Shown: positions 37,200-57,084 of the stretch, piece after piece | How the letters are laid out: every line of letters starts with the position of its first letter | Numbering within the stretch: position 1 is the first letter of the stretch | DNA from: Phoronis australis | Lineage: Eukaryota > Animalia > Phoronida | Assembly (NCBI GenBank): GCA_002633005.1 | Contig: NMRA01000381.1 | Location: 1 to 57,084, forward strand | Direction of reading: 5' to 3' | Length of the DNA: 57,084 nt | The notes under the pieces: generated by a model | What the model saw: the letters and a program-made list of their open reading frames with translations, nothing else | Told to the model about the DNA's origin: nothing | Databases searched by the model: none | Position numbers and translations under genes: made by a program

Positions 37200-38986
37200 T
37201 TCCCGCCAAAATGTTATCTCACTGGTGAGATAACTTTACGGGTTATTACACGGTTGTATCTTCCATTCGAGGCTAATATTGTGGTATAACTCAACATATT
37301 ACATGTTACAATGTTGCAACAACCGGCAGTAACAACATTAATTCTGATTCAATACATATACATATGCTGAATTGTTAAACACAATAATTAAACTTTCATA
37401 ACTAGATACAAAATTCAATAAAAATTCAAAGATGTGACCAAAAACTAACAGTTAAATTGAAAGTAGAAAATGTGACCATAAAGTAGCAAACAAGACATCA
37501 TTAAGCCATAGATGGCAAAATGTGAACATTGACTCCCTGAGAATGAATAGTAAATAAAAGTTTCTCAGTAGTCTAAAACAATTAACAGGGGGATCATATT
37601 TGTTGCTCACTGTTCATCACTGGATTTCCTCTAATAACACTCCTCCATACATGAAAACAACCCTATTTATACTCTAAATTACTGAACAGTACAGGACTTT
37701 TACAGATACAAGATACATATCACTTTTCACCTGCATATCACACCTGCTTGGGACTAAATGAATACAAAATAAACATCTGCAGCACAACATTAATGGAATC
37801 AAACGTCACACTTCCAGCTGGATCTAATATTCACCAGCAGTTGTATAGTTTGAAATACAAAGTTTACCACATTTTGCTCTCGTTAATTTCTCTAATGAGT
37901 ACCATAACTCTAATTCTTTTAATATTCATGTTTACCAAATAACTCTCTTTCTGTATAAAGTTCCTACTAATATACCCTTAAATGGAGAAAAAAAAACCAA
38001 ATCAATTACAAACAACATGCAAAAACATAATATACAATACAGACAGAGTAAGTAAATGGTCCAATTACATTAAAACAGATCTCATAGTTTACAAAAAGTG
38101 GTACCATATTCCTCCTACAGTACACGCTAAAAGTATTTAGACAAAATAACCCAGAATTCCCTGTTATTATGGCTGGGCAGGAGCTGAGTTGATAGTCATA
38201 ATAGCCCTACCTCATGACTGAGTATGAAGGGGAATTATCAGAAAAGTTAGCCATTTTGTCATTTGTGCTGTTTACATAATGGGCCGCCATGACAGGGAAA
38301 CAGTATTCTGTATGATTACTTTCGTCTTGTATTGTAATGCTCTTCCAAAGGAGACATTTAACAACAAAAGTGTTTCAAAAGAGCAGATGTTGACTGCAAC
38401 AAGGAATTGGTCACTGAATGGGTAGACTGTGATGGTGAACTTAAGATTCCACATCATGGTGAGAAGGCATTTATTGGAGATAATACGACACACCGTATAT
38501 TGGCTACCAAACAGGCGGTCACGGTGGTTACATTTTTGTTTAGTATGCATCAGTTGTGAATCAATTAATTTCCAACTATTCATCTTCAAAATCTCCAACA
38601 CTATCCAGAGTAAAACATTTCTCTCGTCTGTAACATACAGCCCATTAAGTAACAAAATGACATAAGTTCACACCTCAGTTACCGTAAGTCTACTATAAGA
38701 TATCAGGCACCACTAAACTATGAAAAAATGACATTTTGTGACCTACACAGATGCACAAAGTATTCTACATTGTTTTAACCAAGGAATTACCTGGAAGGTA
38801 AAGATACAAAAGCAACTGGCTAGGGGTGCAAGTATCAGCAAAATTTAACCATTTCAAATGTGCCCCAGACAACTGACTAGTACAAACATTGGTTATGCCA
38901 ACATATTTCAAGATCCAAAACTGAATTCAGTTTCTCTTTAATACCATGATCCAAAACCTGTTACACAATGAAATGAGTGTGGTACT

Positions 38987-54407
<15,421 letters not shown>

Positions 54408-54463
54408 CTGCAAAAGTCATTAAATAATGCAGCAGATATGAGGGAATGCTTGGAACAAAAGAA

Positions 54464-54710
54464 ACACAGAGCGTTGATATGCACCCACCATGTACACCTA
54501 TCCAACACAGAGCGTTGATATGCACCCACCATGTATACCTATCCAACACAGACTGTTGATATGCACCTACCATGTACATCTATTAAACAGAGCATTGACA
54601 TTCACCCACCATGTACACCTACTCAAAACAGAGCATTGATATGCACCCACCATGTACACCTATCCAACACAGACCACTGATATGCACCTACCATGTACAC
54701 CTATGCAACA
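54464..54710. repeat. 41-bp tandem repeat (acacagagcgttgatatgcacccaccatgtacacctatcca), about 6 copies
   Basis: Direct copies; the unit resembles the HINE terminus gagcgttgaaatgcgcccac (421-440). Confidence 0.9.
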
Positions 54711-55950
54711 ATCAACATCAGTTATGAAGGCTCTCGTCATTAGGAACACATAGAACGAATTCATGAACATCCACTGAAGGATTTGATAGATTTTAAGGCA
54801 GGAGCAATAACAATTTGTCACCAGGGTGCACTGAAGTACTCAGAATCTTCAATAAAAAACGGCAACAATCATTCTCTCTTCAACAGGAACAAATATGCCA
54901 AATTTCATCAAAATCCACCAAAGAACATATTAGACATCGAGGCAGATACAAAGAAAACTAAGACTGCCACTAGGAGGTGCTAGTGCAGAATAGTCAGAAC
55001 ATTAATGACAGCCATGTCCAACTAAACAGGAACACATCTGCAAACTTTCATGATGGTTCTTCAAGCAGACTGAGGATTGAGAAGCAGGTGTAAAATAGAA
55101 ACATGATAATAGCAAAAATGGCCACTACGGAGTACACGAAAAGGCTGAATCCATATGAAACTGGAAGGTGTCGTCGTTTCCTTCAAAGAAGCTTAATGTT
55201 TATGCCAAAATTCATGGGGATCCATAAAGGAACCTGGTCTAAATTCAGGCAAAAAGAGAACATAAATTGGCACTAGGGGATGCCATAGAAATCGGATTTG
55301 TGCCAAAATCAATGCCAGCCATGCTCTCAACAGAAAACAACAAATTTTATGGGGTCCATCAAGGAACTTGGTATGTATTACAGAAGAGGCAAAAAAATTC
55401 TACTAGACGTCACTGTTGTAAATGGACCTATGTGAAAATAAACACCAATCATGCCATCCTTAATATGAACAAACACACGTACCAAACTTCATGAAGATAT
55501 GCCAACGAACTTCGTGGCACCTGAGGCAAAGGCAAAAACAAAATTGTTACTGGGGGCAACACAGTTGTTTGACCCATCTCAAAATTGATGTCAGCCCTGC
55601 TCTTCTCAGTAAGAGTGCATCTGCAAATTTCGTAACGATCTCTCAAGTGGTTTGCCAAACATAGAGGCGAATGAAATAACAAAAAAGTCCACTAGGTGGC
55701 GCAAAATATAATGAGCCCAACCAAACATGCGAAGGCGTCCTTAATAAAAACCTATTTACCAAATCTCATGAAAATCAGCAAGGCATTGAGGCAAAGGCAA
55801 AAAAATGCCACTAAGGGACATAGCAGTGTTCGGATTTGCACTAGTTGTAGTCATCACATCAGCCAAATTTCATGTACATCTTGCAAGGGATTTACAATAT
55901 ATAGCAGCAAACACTGGATGACTACACAGAGATGACAGCACATGCGTGTC
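54464..55950 (-). mobile_element. Diverged HINE-like element with an array of core repeats
   Basis: Recurrent ccaaatttcatg and gccactagg motifs at roughly 140-150-bp spacing (about 54897, 54965, 55120, 55268, 55484, 55689, 55806, 55863). Confidence 0.6.
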
Positions 55951-56626
55951 TGCAATGAAAGCAAACTGAAACAACTCATGTAAAATAAATACTAATGGAA
56001 AATATAAAAACATAAAACAGAGGACCAAAGAGCATAAATCGATATGCTGATGTACACAATAAAGCAATAGCGTTTCTTCAAACGACAAAATGTTCAACAG
56101 AAAGAGCTTCAGAATAGCTTAGCCAGTCAACTTGCAAACTATTCAGAACAAGACACAAATGAAATTAATCACTATAGACACCTGAGCCCAAACATAAATA
56201 GATTCAAGTAGATGTGAAGACACTTTTAACTGCAGCCTTTAGGGTCAACATAAAGCTATGACATACCTATAGATATCTTGCTTGTAACAAGTACATTTGT
56301 AACATTTCAGAGGATGTTTTCAATCAGTAAACAATAAGAATGCAGTATTTACTTTAAAAAGTAGAAAGCAGACGACCCTAATTCAGTATGGACTAACATG
56401 AGCCATTCCAAGGGTTCAAACAGAGTTAGTTTAATATAATTTTTCCTATAACAAGATTAGTGTAGGAAATACGTTTAAGTACCCCTTGTGTCCCCTTGTA
56501 AGTATATTCAATAGAATTTTTTAACATTTTTAAGTCTGAAAATCGTGTTCAATAAACCTGCTTCCAATAAAGCCTCTTGTTTTTGTTTCCGTACAGTCTT
56601 GCAAGAAAACATTTTGCTTATGATAT

Positions 56627-57084
56627 ACCGTAATCGTTCGGGTTAACGCCCTGAACGGTTAAATTGGCGAATCCAAAAAATCGGGGGAGGGCGGTTAACC
56701 GAGCAGTGGGCGGTTAAATCGAAAATCCACCTAAAGTAGGGGATGGGCGGTTAACCGAACATGGGCGCTTATTACGACAGACAACCGCCCTGGGGGGGTT
56801 AATCTAATTACCTGGCGATCTAAATCCCGACATGACAATCATACTCGGAACGCGTAGCCCTTTTCAAAGAGCTTTATCGTCACGTCGCCAAAAAACTGTG
56901 AAAACATCATAACAGCGGATGATCCCAACAAAGGTTCTCTTGTCCTCAGATTAGTCATTCACTATTAAATTTACAAAATTGCTGAGTAATAGCCCCGTGC
57001 CGTCCTGCGGTGCGCAGACGACCAGTGACATCGCAGCCTCCACTAGAATTAAAACTGTTTCAAGATGTGACCCTGCTTAAGTGC
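56627..57084. mobile_element. CpG-rich non-autonomous DNA transposon, possibly Tc1/mariner-pogo type; extent uncertain
   Basis: Starts TA|CCGTAATCGTTCGGGTTAACGCCC with internal inverted copies gggcggttaaccga; related to the sequence at 48785. Confidence 0.45.

Overview
AT-rich, intron-containing genomic DNA from an animal, most likely a marine invertebrate bilaterian (inferred from gene content and repeat types; the species cannot be determined). The left part holds the 5' coding exons of REV3L (DNA polymerase zeta catalytic subunit, minus strand, running off the left edge). The right part holds the 3' portion of a TRPA1-family ankyrin-repeat cation channel (minus strand, entering from the right edge), with at least one transmembrane exon missing at an assembly gap beside a 2.1-kb 23-bp satellite. 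Between them, in a CpG-richer block, are three co-oriented plus-strand genes with uninterrupted ORFs (600, 334 and 446 aa) that I do not recognise. They share an ungapped N-terminal helical motif (S-x2-E-x2-A-x2-[KR]-N-x6-[LV]-x3-[LV]-x5-E), a low-complexity linker with basic phospho/PP1-type motifs, and a C-terminal R-[ILV]-x-x-F helix, so they look like an old tandem family of uncharacterised paralogs. Also present: Helentron-associated (HINE/DINE-1-like) elements whose internal repeats carry CTCF-like motifs, several MITEs, tRNA-derived SINE heads, minisatellites and three single-N gaps.
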